A DNA stretch of 64,000 nucleotides from Patescibacteria group bacterium (GCA_038206475.1 JBBRAU010000001.1:71235-135234), one strand, 5' to 3'. Counted from the first letter of the stretch, positions 9,346 to 20,030 are shown. Numbers and translations: made by a program. The notes: generated by a model from the sequence alone, not told the origin.

Positions 9346-12300
9346 CTGACTGCGACAAAATGGAGCCGACAGCTGGGTTTTCGGGGTCAAACGGGCCGTC
9401 TTGGTCAAAAGACAGACTCTGTCGCGGCTGCAGGTTAATTGGTAAACCGTACACAAAAACCAAGGCATTGTGGATGGCTGTCTGGGCGGCTGGCCGGAAT
9501 AGCGAGACGTCTTGACTAGCTCTACTAGCTTCAACAATCGCGGCGGTATCAGCACTATCCGGACTTACTAAATTGCCTCGACCTAGAGCGGCAATGGACG
9601 CCAAACTACTATCCGAAAAACTTAATAAATCAATTGAATTGAGTCTGCTGAGCGTCAAACTTGGGTAACTGCCAGCCACAGGTGGATTGGCCCAGGCCGA
9701 CAAGGATGGCAAACCTAGGCCGGCTTTGCCGTCGAGCTGGCTAAAGATGGACTTGTCTAATTTGAAGGTATCAGAGCCGAGTAGGCGTAGCGGGTTGAGC
9801 TGCAGCCTAGCCAAGGTGTTTGACTGGTTGGCCAATATATCGCCTAAATTACCCAAAATAGCCAGCTCGGATAGGCTGTCATATTGCTTTAGTGTGTCGG
9901 TTGTATGCGGATACAGTACGTCCAATTTCTGTAAATATTGAAGCGCGCTCAAGTTATGCAAACTTTGCAGTGCGCTAGCGACCGCGGTTCTTGCGTCGGT
10001 TGGTTCAATGTCTGCATCGGAAATGTCTAGGATCGCACCAGTGCTGTCTAACGTAGCCAGGTGAGAAATATTGAGCCGACCTAGTTGGCGCAGCTCGCCC
10101 AGGTAGCGCAAACTGTCCAGCGCCGCTAAATCATGCGTGACGGGCAGGTCGGAGCCACTCTGGATATTGCCGAGTGCCTCGAGACTGGAGAGTGCCTGGA
10201 GCGAGTCTAAGCTGTTGGTTAGCGCTTTAATAGCTGGCGTATCGGCGGTGGCGCCGACTGGATTCGGTAGGTTGTTCATGCCATCAATTGCTTGCCCCAA
10301 GCCTTTGAGTTGATCAAGCGTGGCAAGTACGCTCAGGACCTTACTGAGATCACCGCCGTTTTGCTGCTCATACTTGGTGACCGCCGCATTAAAATCTTTG
10401 ACGCTACTTACATATTGATCCAGGTCTCGGCTGAAGCTATCGCCCCAGCCGAAGAAGGAGCCAACTAAATCTTTAACCACACCGGCAACAATTGGGCCGG
10501 CGATCGGACCAAAGGTAGTGTTGCAGTAGGCGTCGATGGCGGCATTAGCAAGTGACTCAGCGCTAATATCTCCTGACAACACTTGTTTGATGGCGGCCGC
10601 TTCGGCTGGCGTGAACTGTTGGTCGAGTTGTTTTTCCAAACTATCGATTGCCTGCTGCTTGGCCTTAGCCTCAGCTTCGGCGACCGCTGATTTGATCGGC
10701 TGGGTAATTTGCTCGGCATATTGCTGTCTGACATACCGCGACATTGCTTGTTTGACAGCAGCGGCATCAAAATTGGCATCTTTTATATACTGGTCAACCA
10801 CTTGGTTCAGTTGGCGCAGACCATCGGTTGCTGCTTGGATATCCTGGCCGATCTGGCTCTGACTAATGGCTTGGCTAACCGCTTGTTTGGCCGCCGCTTG
10901 CAGCGCTTGCTTGTTGAGACTGGCTTTTAGGTCGTTGTACTGACTCTTGAGACCGACAATTTGTTGTGTGACTTGAGCGTCAATCGCCGCTTGGGCATTT
11001 TTGACCGCCTGATTAATTAGTACTCGTAGGCTAGTTGAAACGGCGGATCGCAGATCGCTAGCGCTGCGGTTTGTCCGCTGAAGGATAGGTTGCACGGTTC
11101 GGTTGATCTCGTCGTGGACAGCGCTCTGACTAATTATTGCCTCGGACAGGTTGAGGCTGCGCAGCGCCTGAATCACGCTTTCCTCTATTGTTGCTGAGTC
11201 AGCGCTACTCGGCGAGGTGCTGCTAAGGCTAAGCACGGTCGGGTCCACCCGGCTGAGCGCCTGATTCAGCAAGCTCTGCACGTCCCACTGCTTGAGCCGG
11301 TCATTTAGGGTTTGTTGTAGTGCCTGTTTGATAGAGGCCTCGTCGAGCTGTTTAACCGCCAGCGCAACTTGCATTGCCTGATCAATTTGAGCGCTGGTTT
11401 GCGGATCAAGGCTAATTTGCGGCGTGAGCTGGTTAAATTTATCACGTAGTTGCTGCTTGACGGTTTGAATATCGGTTTTAGCCTGCTTGGCTTGATCGAT
11501 AATTTGATTAACCTGCTGAACCGTCTCGGCAGCGCTCTCTTGTTGTTCGGTCCAGCCGCCTTGGCTGTGGCGGTTCTGGGCAGCCTTACTGACCTGCTGA
11601 AGCACGGTATTTAAGTCGATGTCGCCGCCTTGCTGGGCGGTTTGTATAATGATGGTTTCAAAATCGTTCTCGGCTAATGCTGATTCAAGCGGATCTGCGT
11701 TGCTATCGTCGCCTTGGCCGGCTGTATGCACTTTCTCCGCCTTCTCAATAACCGTTTGGCCGGCGGTGACCACTGGTTGCAGTGCTTGGCGTCGTGCCAC
11801 GGAAGTGCGCGATTCACGGACAAGTTTATCGAGTGTGGAAAAGGTGCTGTCCAATGTTAGGAAAAATGCGGACCAGTGCGCGGCTTGCGTTTGGGTAGGC
11901 CAGAAAGCGCTGGTGAAACCTAGTCGAGCTAAGGGATTTGGCTGTCCGGCATGAAGCTGATTGAGCGGCTTGGTGGGGTCATACTGACCGCGCAAGTCAT
12001 GCTGGTGCCGCTCGGCCCTGAGGCTACCGATAAAGCTATTCCAAGCGACACCAACCGGCTGCCATTCAGTTTGGTTGAGCAGGCTGGGGAAGGTGGGTAA
12101 TTTTTTGTAGTTTTGGTTGAATGTTTGGTAGAGGGCGATGGCATTGCTCTGATCAGTGGCTGTTTTGGCCTCGGGTTGCAGTGTTTGGGCTAGGCTTTTT
12201 AGTAACGGGATTGCGGCGGCGTTCAAATCGTCATTGGTGCTTCTGGCCCAACCGAGCTTGGTTGGGATGAGCCGGCCGCTGCCAACCTCGCTAACTGTAC

Positions 12301-13033
12301 CGAGGGCAAATACGTCCACTGCCTGGCCGAGAGTGTGGCTAGAGATAACCGGCACCTTACCCGGATCTTGCTCTCGTGAGAGGAGTGGCTCTTGCACACC
12401 GACCGGGGGGTTGGTGGCGTAGCCGTCGCGAATGGAGGCTTCAACGTGGCCGAACTGACGGCCCAGTTCATCGAGTAGTTGGATGACGCGGGCATCTACC
12501 TCGCAGTCGGCCGGCTTACTCTGGCAGGTTTGTAAATCAGTAATGTCGGTAGCTGGCAGTACGTAGCGGCCAAGCGCACTCTGGCCGCTACCGGTAGCTT
12601 TTGGCGCACTAGCCACGATGTTTTTGAGGGCAGTTTGTGCGCTTTGGCTGCTGGATAGCTTTTGGAAACTGGTGCGCGGCGTAGCCTGGTCGCTGCTGTT
12701 TTGCATTGAGACTGCCACGATAAAGAGCAGCAGAAGAAGAAGCAAGATGCCAACAACCCATACCCAGGGGTTGGCGACCGCAACTGTTTCGAGCAGTTTG
12801 GCGGCCGCCTGTTTGGCGATATTTTTTACTTCCGATTTAACCACTTTTTTCGTGGCGGCCTCTCCTTTTTTCACCAAACGCTGTGCCCCCTCCCGCACCG
12901 CCTCGGTCGGTGACTGATTGCCTGCAGGCGATTCCGTCTGATCTGCCGTTTCGTCTTGATCATCAATATCGTCAACCTCGGGCGGGGTTGTGGGTGGCGG
13001 AGTAGCGATGAGAGATTCTGGGTCACTGGCCAT
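9317..13033 (-). CDS. 1238-aa membrane-anchored protein with split M15/Hedgehog-like Zn-peptidase motifs and long coiled-coil insert
   Basis: Acidic N-terminus, TM, SSHTLGQAVD (His233/Asp240), Q/A-rich helical middle, C-terminal LQPRQSLSF..DHIHFGY; start ATG 13033. Confidence 0.7.
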   Translation of the reverse strand: MASDPESLIATPPPTTPPEVDDIDDQDETADQTESPAGNQSPTEAVREGAQRLVKKGEAATKKVVKSEVKNIAKQAAAKLLETVAVANPWVWVVGILLLLLLLFIVAVSMQNSSDQATPRTSFQKLSSSQSAQTALKNIVASAPKATGSGQSALGRYVLPATDITDLQTCQSKPADCEVDARVIQLLDELGRQFGHVEASIRDGYATNPPVGVQEPLLSREQDPGKVPVISSHTLGQAVDVFALGTVSEVGSGRLIPTKLGWARSTNDDLNAAAIPLLKSLAQTLQPEAKTATDQSNAIALYQTFNQNYKKLPTFPSLLNQTEWQPVGVAWNSFIGSLRAERHQHDLRGQYDPTKPLNQLHAGQPNPLARLGFTSAFWPTQTQAAHWSAFFLTLDSTFSTLDKLVRESRTSVARRQALQPVVTAGQTVIEKAEKVHTAGQGDDSNADPLESALAENDFETIIIQTAQQGGDIDLNTVLQQVSKAAQNRHSQGGWTEQQESAAETVQQVNQIIDQAKQAKTDIQTVKQQLRDKFNQLTPQISLDPQTSAQIDQAMQVALAVKQLDEASIKQALQQTLNDRLKQWDVQSLLNQALSRVDPTVLSLSSTSPSSADSATIEESVIQALRSLNLSEAIISQSAVHDEINRTVQPILQRTNRSASDLRSAVSTSLRVLINQAVKNAQAAIDAQVTQQIVGLKSQYNDLKASLNKQALQAAAKQAVSQAISQSQIGQDIQAATDGLRQLNQVVDQYIKDANFDAAAVKQAMSRYVRQQYAEQITQPIKSAVAEAEAKAKQQAIDSLEKQLDQQFTPAEAAAIKQVLSGDISAESLANAAIDAYCNTTFGPIAGPIVAGVVKDLVGSFFGWGDSFSRDLDQYVSSVKDFNAAVTKYEQQNGGDLSKVLSVLATLDQLKGLGQAIDGMNNLPNPVGATADTPAIKALTNSLDSLQALSSLEALGNIQSGSDLPVTHDLAALDSLRYLGELRQLGRLNISHLATLDSTGAILDISDADIEPTDARTAVASALQSLHNLSALQYLQKLDVLYPHTTDTLKQYDSLSELAILGNLGDILANQSNTLARLQLNPLRLLGSDTFKLDKSIFSQLDGKAGLGLPSLSAWANPPVAGSYPSLTLSRLNSIDLLSFSDSSLASIAALGRGNLVSPDSADTAAIVEASRASQDVSLFRPAAQTAIHNALVFVYGLPINLQPRQSLSFDQDGPFDPENPAVGSILSQSVIDHIHFGY

Positions 13034-14195
13034 CTGGGGCCTCCGGGTCAACGCTCCAGAGCGTTTGGCCGCTCTCGAAGTACAAGCTGGTGTTGGCTGA
13101 CGGCCAGAGCAGCTTGTCGGGATGATGAGTCGTTGTGGCGGTATAGAACAGCGGAGTTTGTCGGCCGGCAGTATCAACACGCATTAGTTGGTCTGAGTTG
13201 CCAGTTTTCGGCACCGCCGCAAGCAGGTGGTTTTGGTTGTCAAAGGCAGTTTTAGTCAGTGTTGTGGTGATAGAGTCTCCGATGAGTTGGCCACGGGCTA
13301 CATTAACCAACTGGACTGACCGGCCGCCAATAGACAATGCGGCCAGTAAACCGCTACGTGCCAGTAAGAAGTCGGTTACGGTCGCGCCGGAGCTTAAGCC
13401 GGCCACTTCTTTGGTTAGCAGGTCAACGGCACGAAAACTTTGGTCAGCTACCAAGTACATATGGCCGCCGTCAGGGGCAAAACGCAGCCGGCTGACCGCC
13501 TTAATATCTGGCAGGACAATACTTTTACTAATGTGCTCAAAGGTGCTGTCAAAGAGTTGCAGCTGCAGCGGTTGGCTAGGCAATATTTGGATGGCGGCAG
13601 CCTGCTTGCCGTCGAAAGACCAAATCGGCTGGCTAAGCGAGTCGTCTAGCTTGCGCTCGGTTTGGTGCAATAGATCGCGGCGGTCAAAGCTAAACAAGCT
13701 ATATGCGCCGCTACGGCGGATGAGTGCCAGAAACCCATCGGGACTAAACTGAATATCGTCAGCCGGTGGGTTTAGTGTGCTTAAAATTGTCGTCAATCGG
13801 CTACCGTCCGGTGAACTAAAGAGCGGCGCTTGCACAATATAGCGGCCGCTTGCGGTCAAAAAGCGAATCGTTTGGCTGGTGACGAGCCAGTTGCCGCGGC
13901 TGCCACTGGCAGCCAACGGCTTTGGCTCAGGGATGCGCCGCAGATGCAGGGCAAAGCTGGTTGTCAGTAATGGTTTGATGGTGATGATTTGGCTGGTCGG
14001 CACATAGCCGTCATGGCTAACGGCTAGTTGATATTGACCCGGCCGCAGCCGGCTGCCGCTGGCAACGCTTTTGCCTTCCAGCTGAGCTGAACTGTCCTCT
14101 GGCCAAACTGCCAACGTCAATTTTCCTTGTCTGAGTAGCCAAACACTGCCGGCTAGCAGCGCAAGAATGATCACGACTACGCCAGAGCGTTTCAT
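13023..14195 (-). CDS. PEGA domain + TolB-like beta-propeller protein
   Basis: N-terminal TM; LRPGQYQLAVSHDGY (PEGA); FSPDG, WSFDG, FAPDG repeats. Confidence 0.75.
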   Translation of the reverse strand: MKRSGVVVIILALLAGSVWLLRQGKLTLAVWPEDSSAQLEGKSVASGSRLRPGQYQLAVSHDGYVPTSQIITIKPLLTTSFALHLRRIPEPKPLAASGSRGNWLVTSQTIRFLTASGRYIVQAPLFSSPDGSRLTTILSTLNPPADDIQFSPDGFLALIRRSGAYSLFSFDRRDLLHQTERKLDDSLSQPIWSFDGKQAAAIQILPSQPLQLQLFDSTFEHISKSIVLPDIKAVSRLRFAPDGGHMYLVADQSFRAVDLLTKEVAGLSSGATVTDFLLARSGLLAALSIGGRSVQLVNVARGQLIGDSITTTLTKTAFDNQNHLLAAVPKTGNSDQLMRVDTAGRQTPLFYTATTTHHPDKLLWPSANTSLYFESGQTLWSVDPEAPDGQ

Positions 14196-14878
14196 GTTTG
14201 AATCTTCCAGACAATGTGTAACTTGCTTGGGTCAAGGCCGATGCTTTTTACCCAGTTTAGAGCATCTTGCTTGGCATTATCTACGGCCTGGCTCCACTCG
14301 GCATCAGCCATCGGCCGATTGAGCGGCATGGTGATCGTAAAGGTGTAGCTGTCTTGTGCTTCGTCATAATCAACCAAGGTTAGCGGCGGCCCGGGCTCAT
14401 CCGGCGGCAGGTGTTTGAGGAGCGGATGGGCGTCAAGGTAGGCATCTTGGCGCGCCGCATACTGTTCGTCAGAACGACCAAGCAGCGTTATCGCGGCCTC
14501 GTCTTTGCTCGCTGCGTCAGTGGTTGTTGTGAAGTGAAAACGATATGTGCTGCGCAGTCGGCCAACGTGGACGGTGACGGTATATTGTGTACTCGCCTCA
14601 AGCACTGCGCTAGCCCAAAAAAACAGGGTCTTACTATTTGCACCGCTTGTTTTTGGTGCCCAGTCAGCTGTGGGCTGGCTGGTGACAATAACTGAGTTGG
14701 CTGACAGAGCGCGATTAAAAGTGAGTTGAAGCCCCTGGTCTAGCGGAACGTCTACGGCGCCGTCGAGAGGCAGTACGCTGGCCAATCGGGCTTGCCGGTG
14801 AGCGAGGAATAGAAAAATCGCAACTATCGCTAGCGCAATAACTCCGCCAAGAACAAGCCGGCGTTTGTCCATTATCAT
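14192..14878 (-). CDS. Membrane-anchored Ig-like (Big_5-type) protein
   Basis: TM then SVLPLDGAVDVPLDQGLQLTFNRAL..LEASTQYTVTV..FHFTT. Confidence 0.7.
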   Translation of the reverse strand: MIMDKRRLVLGGVIALAIVAIFLFLAHRQARLASVLPLDGAVDVPLDQGLQLTFNRALSANSVIVTSQPTADWAPKTSGANSKTLFFWASAVLEASTQYTVTVHVGRLRSTYRFHFTTTTDAASKDEAAITLLGRSDEQYAARQDAYLDAHPLLKHLPPDEPGPPLTLVDYDEAQDSYTFTITMPLNRPMADAEWSQAVDNAKQDALNWVKSIGLDPSKLHIVWKIQT

Positions 14879-16098
14879 TGCTTTACCCTTCCCCAGCCTA
14901 GTGGAGTATCACCACCTCTTTTTCCAAGGCTGTTGCCTTGACGCGGGAAGTTGGCGGTCGTTTTGCTATGGACGTCTGATTGTCTCACTTCAATTTGGTT
15001 GTCAGAAACAGCGGTAATAACAGCCACGTGGCCAAACTTATTGGCCCGCCCATCGTTAATGAAGAGAGTATCTCCTGGCTGAGGAGCACCAGCTCCATTA
15101 TTGATATAGATTTGGTTTTTCTGAAAATACTCAGCCATATTTTGAACACCAAGCAGAGCGGTAATATTTGGCGTCAGAGGATGCCCGGCTTGCTGGTAGG
15201 CCAAAATCGGTAAGTAGGTGCACCACAGACGGCCGGTCTGTTTTGGAGCGCCTGGAGTAATGAGGTCGGGGAATCTTGGATCAAAAGCGATAATGTTGAC
15301 AGTCGTGCCAGGGTTGTCGATGCTTGGGAACGCACGGCGTTGCAGCTCATTGGCGATTCTAATAGCATTAGCCACCACTTGAGCTTGCAGACCGCTACTG
15401 GGGCCGCCTTGACTCTCAAAACCGACACAGGTGCCGGACAATGCTGTGAAGTTGCCGCTGGCGTCATAGACGGCTTGGTTGAGTAATGCGTAGACGGTGT
15501 AGGCGCCATTGCGGCTGTCGGTTTTGCCGAGAAAATTCATGTGTGTGTGGCCGGCGTCAATATTATTCATGACATAAGCCGAGCGGTCGGGGACAGGCGC
15601 GGAACCGGTGCCATTATAGCGCCAGAGCGCTTCTTTAATGAGTTCTGGGTCAGAGCTCAGTTTCTTGCCTCCGACCAGCTTGCCTTTTACTTTGTCGGTT
15701 AAGAAGGTGGCGGCTTTTAAGACGGCTTTTGGGAAATTACTCAGTGCTGGGTCATTTGGGTTCTGCAGATGCAGGTCATGCAGGCCCATTGGCCCTTCGC
15801 CATTGGGCGGGTTCGCTGGGCTCATGCCACTCTCGCGGTAATGCATACCGGCCAGCACCGCCCACGGTACGCCAGTCGCACTTTCGGCTTGCTTGTAAAC
15901 GGCGAGGTTGTGATTGAGGTTAGCCGTTACGTCTTTTTCGAATTCTTTATCAATATTGGCCCCAGCGCACTGCGTGTTGCTGAGCACGTTACCGGAGCTA
16001 TCGCCCGTGAGCGGCGTTGTGTCCGAGCCGCCGAGCAAGATGAGCACCCCGCCAACGGTGGCGACGCTAACTAAAATGATAAGTGCAATGCGGGTCAT
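14875..16098 (-). CDS. Bifunctional cell-wall hydrolase: lysozyme/SLT-like + CHAP domain
   Basis: GVPWAVLAGMHYRES..GPMGL..ALWRYNG; WCTY..PQPGD..GHVAVI; start overlaps upstream stop (TAATG). Confidence 0.8.
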   Translation of the reverse strand: MTRIALIILVSVATVGGVLILLGGSDTTPLTGDSSGNVLSNTQCAGANIDKEFEKDVTANLNHNLAVYKQAESATGVPWAVLAGMHYRESGMSPANPPNGEGPMGLHDLHLQNPNDPALSNFPKAVLKAATFLTDKVKGKLVGGKKLSSDPELIKEALWRYNGTGSAPVPDRSAYVMNNIDAGHTHMNFLGKTDSRNGAYTVYALLNQAVYDASGNFTALSGTCVGFESQGGPSSGLQAQVVANAIRIANELQRRAFPSIDNPGTTVNIIAFDPRFPDLITPGAPKQTGRLWCTYLPILAYQQAGHPLTPNITALLGVQNMAEYFQKNQIYINNGAGAPQPGDTLFINDGRANKFGHVAVITAVSDNQIEVRQSDVHSKTTANFPRQGNSLGKRGGDTPLGWGRVKQ

Positions 16099-17327
16099 TA
16101 CGCTCCGTGACAACCGCGATTGGGCAGGCCAAAGTACAGATCATATTTCGTACAAGAGACGGCCTGGCCGCCATCTTGTAGCTCAAAGTGTAGATGCGAA
16201 CCACAGGGGTGGGCGTAGATGGCCGCTAACTGAGTGCCGCGCGCAACTCTGTAGACGCCGGACGCATTGGCTGGAATTACTCCGGCCGTTGTCACGTGGG
16301 CGTAGTAAGCATGGTAGCGGCCGTCATCTGAGCGAAAATCAATACCTTGGCCTACAATTTGACCTTGGCAGCGGCCGGCACCATGTTGACGTAGCAATCC
16401 AGTGGCTTTAGCGGTACCATCGGCAATCGCATATACTGGCGTACCGGTGCTAACAGGTAAGTCGCCGCCGGACGCGTCGCCTTGGCCACGATTGATATAA
16501 AAACTATGGTCAGTGTGAGTGCGCGGCTGCGGTTCTGATTTACCGAGGGGCGCCGTTAACTTGCCAATGCCGGGTAGTGCCCGCGGCACTGCAGACACAA
16601 GCTGCGGGCAGTCGGTAGTAATCTCGCTGAGTGCATCGCGAACGTTGTTAAGCCATGGCACACAGAGCTTGTTACTGGCTGGGTCGCCACAATATTTCAT
16701 CTCCAAAGAGTTAAGATCGGTGATGCCCTTCTTAAAATAAACGCGGGCTAGGTAAGGGCCGGCGTAGGCGATGCTATCCTCAAAACTGCCAAAAACTTTA
16801 AAGTAGCGATCCTGTAGGTGAATGTTTTGTTCCGTTTTGGGGTTGGCAACCGTAATATTAAACGGATTGTGGGCGTACACCCCGTTGAAGTCCATGATCG
16901 TGCGATTGGGCGGCAAGGCTAGCGAAGTCTCCATGCTGGCGATTGCCACCAAGAGGGCCGGATTATAAGCGTAGCCTTCCTGCGCTTGGGCTTGGTCGGT
17001 AGCGGCAGTGATGAAGTTGACGCCCAGTGTTTTAAGCGGCGACTTGCCGCCGGATTTTTTATCAATCCATTGATTTAAACAAATAGCCGCGGCCGCGCGG
17101 TCGGCCAGTGGTGGGGCCCCTAAATTATCGATCAGGCCGGCATTGGTTTGATTCTCGCCGCCGGCCAAGTTGGCTAAGCGCAAGAAAGCAGATCCAACAC
17201 TAATGACGGCCGCGATCACTAGAGCAATGGAGGCGCCAATCAGGATAATGGAAGCACTGCTAAGCAGGCCGCCGGCTATGATTGAGGCGGCTAGGCCATT
17301 TTTGTTGGGGGAGCTCGGACTGGCCAT
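16098..17327 (-). CDS. Bifunctional cell-wall hydrolase: glucosaminidase/lysozyme-like + M23 peptidase
   Basis: NPALLVAIASMETSL..HNPFNI..FGSFEDSI; DLPVSTGTPVYAIADG..YYAH..HLHFE. Confidence 0.78.
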   Translation of the reverse strand: MASPSSPNKNGLAASIIAGGLLSSASIILIGASIALVIAAVISVGSAFLRLANLAGGENQTNAGLIDNLGAPPLADRAAAAICLNQWIDKKSGGKSPLKTLGVNFITAATDQAQAQEGYAYNPALLVAIASMETSLALPPNRTIMDFNGVYAHNPFNITVANPKTEQNIHLQDRYFKVFGSFEDSIAYAGPYLARVYFKKGITDLNSLEMKYCGDPASNKLCVPWLNNVRDALSEITTDCPQLVSAVPRALPGIGKLTAPLGKSEPQPRTHTDHSFYINRGQGDASGGDLPVSTGTPVYAIADGTAKATGLLRQHGAGRCQGQIVGQGIDFRSDDGRYHAYYAHVTTAGVIPANASGVYRVARGTQLAAIYAHPCGSHLHFELQDGGQAVSCTKYDLYFGLPNRGCHGA

Positions 17328-17345
17328 GGGTGCAATCTCCCTAAA

Positions 17346-19265
17346 TTACGCTTGAGCGATCGGCGGTGGAGGTTGAGGCACAGAAGCGGGATCAGGTGGC
17401 GTAGGAGCGACCGGTGTTGCGTCGGTTACAGCAGGGGGCTCGGTCGCTGCGACTACTGCGGCTGGCTCTGTCGCTGGGGTCTCGATAGGCGGGGCTGCCG
17501 GTGTAGTTGGCTGCAAGAGCAGCCGCGGATCAGAGTTAATCATTTGATCTTCGGTGTATGAGGCAACAATCTTAATGGCCACATGGTTTAAGCCGGCAAA
17601 TAACAGACCCTCACCGACGTCGCTCTCCAGTAGCAGATACTTCTCGCCTTCGGTTAAATTAAACGTCTCGGCCACTTTATCAATTGAGGCCGGCGACTGC
17701 TTTAGCAGCAGCTGTAGCGAGGAGTTGGAGACAACCGCTTTGCCGTATTTTGAGTCTAAGAAATCTTCAACGTCCTGTGAGATGACCGTTAGTGCCAGGT
17801 AGTACTTGCGGGCGCGTTTGGCCAAGCCAAACAGGAAGCGGGCGGTGTCTTCGTGCTGCATCATCCACCACGCCTCATCAATGATTAAGATGCGCGGCCG
17901 CGTTTCATGGCGAATGGTGTTCCAAATGTAGGTTAAGACCAAATACATAGCGACCGGCCGCAGCTCCTCTTCAAGGTCGCGGATGGAGAAGACGGTGAAG
18001 CCCGGATTTAAACTGAAGTTGGTCGGCTTGTTGAACAAGCCGGAAAAGGTGCCGGTAGTGTACTTTTCTAAGCGCGACAAGAGCGAGCCAGAGCCTTGCA
18101 TATTGGCCAGCACGGCGGTGAGGTCAGCCATTGTCGGCGGCGGATTTTGGTGCGTCGCTGGGTCAACGGTAATATCGCGCAGAGCGTATGTTTCAAACAC
18201 GGCACGGTCCAATAGTGCATCTTCCTCTGGTGTTAGTTGGCCGAGCATTAACGACAGTAGGCCGTGTAGGGTGATGACGGCCGAGCGCAACACCTCCTCG
18301 CCTGACTCATCACTCTCAATAGTCAGCGGCAGGTCAAATGGGTTAATGCGCTGTTCAGAGTTTAAGGACAGCGGTAAGTAGCTGCCGCCGACGCCCTCGG
18401 CCAGAGCTTTGTACTCGTTCTCCGGATCAATAATGATGACGTCAACGCCAAACATCAGCGAGCGCAAGGCCTCTAACTTCACCGCATACGATTTGCCTGA
18501 GCCAGATTTAGCCAGCACCACCATATTGGCGTTCTCGAGGGAGAAGCGGTCAAACAGAATGAGCGAGTTATTGTGCCGGTTGATGCCGTACAGCACGCCT
18601 TCGTTTGAGGTTAGGGTAGCCGAGACGAAGGGGAACGAGGTGGACAGCGAGCCGGTGTCGAGGTTGCGCAAAACTTGCAGCTGGTCGTTGGCTAGCGGCA
18701 GGGTGCTATTGAAGCCTTGTTCAGTGCGCAGCAGCGCCGGTTTGGTGTAGATGAGTAGGCCGCCCAAGGTGGACTCGAGCCGGCGCAAATTATCATCCAG
18801 CTCTTTTTGCGATTTAGCGTAGAGCGTGAAGTAAATGCCAACGTGGAATAGGCGCAGCTCACCCTTCTGCAAAACGTCGCGCAACTCTTCAACATCGCCG
18901 AGGGCCGTGTCAAGCTCTGGGTCGCGGGCCAGGCCCTTGTCCTGCTGAATGACGCGGCTGGACTCTAGCCGCCCAACTTGTTTCTTGAGCTGCGTCATGA
19001 CCTTCTCAGACTCTTGCGGGTAAATGTAGATGCTCACGTCAAGCTCAAGGTCTGAGTTAATCAGTGGTGATAGCCAGTTGGTTTGCACGTAACGCGGGTA
19101 AGTGTAGACGTAGAGCGTTTGGCAAAAGTAGCTGCCAAGCTGCAGGGCGTTTGGCGTAATCTGGACCGCTGCCGGCGCAATAATGTCTAAGAGCGACGAG
19201 GCGCCCGACTCAACTGCTGCGCTGTCGATATTCTCCTGCGAGGGTTTGGCTGGCCAGAGCTTCAC
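17346..19265 (-). CDS. virB4: VirB4-like T4SS ATPase
   Basis: LFDRFSLENANMVVLAKSGSGKS, IIDPENEY, INPFD, IIDEAW, KRARKY, SQD. Confidence 0.9.
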   Translation of the reverse strand: MKLWPAKPSQENIDSAAVESGASSLLDIIAPAAVQITPNALQLGSYFCQTLYVYTYPRYVQTNWLSPLINSDLELDVSIYIYPQESEKVMTQLKKQVGRLESSRVIQQDKGLARDPELDTALGDVEELRDVLQKGELRLFHVGIYFTLYAKSQKELDDNLRRLESTLGGLLIYTKPALLRTEQGFNSTLPLANDQLQVLRNLDTGSLSTSFPFVSATLTSNEGVLYGINRHNNSLILFDRFSLENANMVVLAKSGSGKSYAVKLEALRSLMFGVDVIIIDPENEYKALAEGVGGSYLPLSLNSEQRINPFDLPLTIESDESGEEVLRSAVITLHGLLSLMLGQLTPEEDALLDRAVFETYALRDITVDPATHQNPPPTMADLTAVLANMQGSGSLLSRLEKYTTGTFSGLFNKPTNFSLNPGFTVFSIRDLEEELRPVAMYLVLTYIWNTIRHETRPRILIIDEAWWMMQHEDTARFLFGLAKRARKYYLALTVISQDVEDFLDSKYGKAVVSNSSLQLLLKQSPASIDKVAETFNLTEGEKYLLLESDVGEGLLFAGLNHVAIKIVASYTEDQMINSDPRLLLQPTTPAAPPIETPATEPAAVVAATEPPAVTDATPVAPTPPDPASVPQPPPPIAQA

Positions 19266-19957
19266 GAGGTACCTTCCGGCTGGTTGCGGATAACTGAGGC
19301 CATGAGCTGGCTGGGATCAACCAATTTTTCGGTGCTGGCCGTTTCTAAGTTGTAGCTTTGATAATACAGCTCGATCAGCTCTTTGGTCTCCAGGCCGGCA
19401 GCGCGGATGCCCAGACTGGCCAGGCCATTAGCCACCACGCTGGCCCGCTCGGTTAACTCGGCTCGGCCGGCTTGAAACTGCTCACGGCTGATTGGGATGT
19501 GCTCGGTGCGGCTGCTCTTCAAGCGGGAAAAAAAGCCTTCTGGCTTCAGGCTGTCGGGCTGCCAAGCCAGCACAATAAAGAACTTTTTATCCATAATGTT
19601 GGCCGCTTCAATTAAGCGTTTCACGAACGTGACGTAGTCGGTCATCTGTAGCTGCAGCGGTGCGCTGGCGGTCTGGTTTTGGTGGGCCTCGAGGTCGGTT
19701 AAGTAGGCAGACAGGTCAAGCTGGCGCGACTGGACCAAAATCTGGACTGGGAAAGTCAGTGAGTTGATAAAATTCTGGTACTGGTAAATGAGGGCGTTTT
19801 GCTCCTGTTCACTCTTTAAGGCAAAGTTCAACGAGGACGCAAGCAACACCAGTCGCAGGCCACCGCTTTTGAGTACCACCAAACCATCCTCAATCGTCGA
19901 GAAGTTGAGGAACTGTTGCGCCGCGCTGGTCTTCTTCTGCTTGGCTGAGATGCCCAC
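19262..19957 (-). CDS. T4SS-associated protein between PrgI and VirB4 (TraC/VirB4-N-like)
   Basis: QQFLNFSTIEDGLVVLK..SLNFALKSEQEQ..FINSLTFPVQI; overlaps virB4 start. Confidence 0.75.
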   Translation of the reverse strand: MGISAKQKKTSAAQQFLNFSTIEDGLVVLKSGGLRLVLLASSLNFALKSEQEQNALIYQYQNFINSLTFPVQILVQSRQLDLSAYLTDLEAHQNQTASAPLQLQMTDYVTFVKRLIEAANIMDKKFFIVLAWQPDSLKPEGFFSRLKSSRTEHIPISREQFQAGRAELTERASVVANGLASLGIRAAGLETKELIELYYQSYNLETASTEKLVDPSQLMASVIRNQPEGTS

Positions 19958-20030
19958 TCCTTATTACAAAACCTTCTGCCGAACGACGGCAATTGTGAGT
20001 CTGCCCCTGTCTTTAGTGTAGCGGCTTCGG

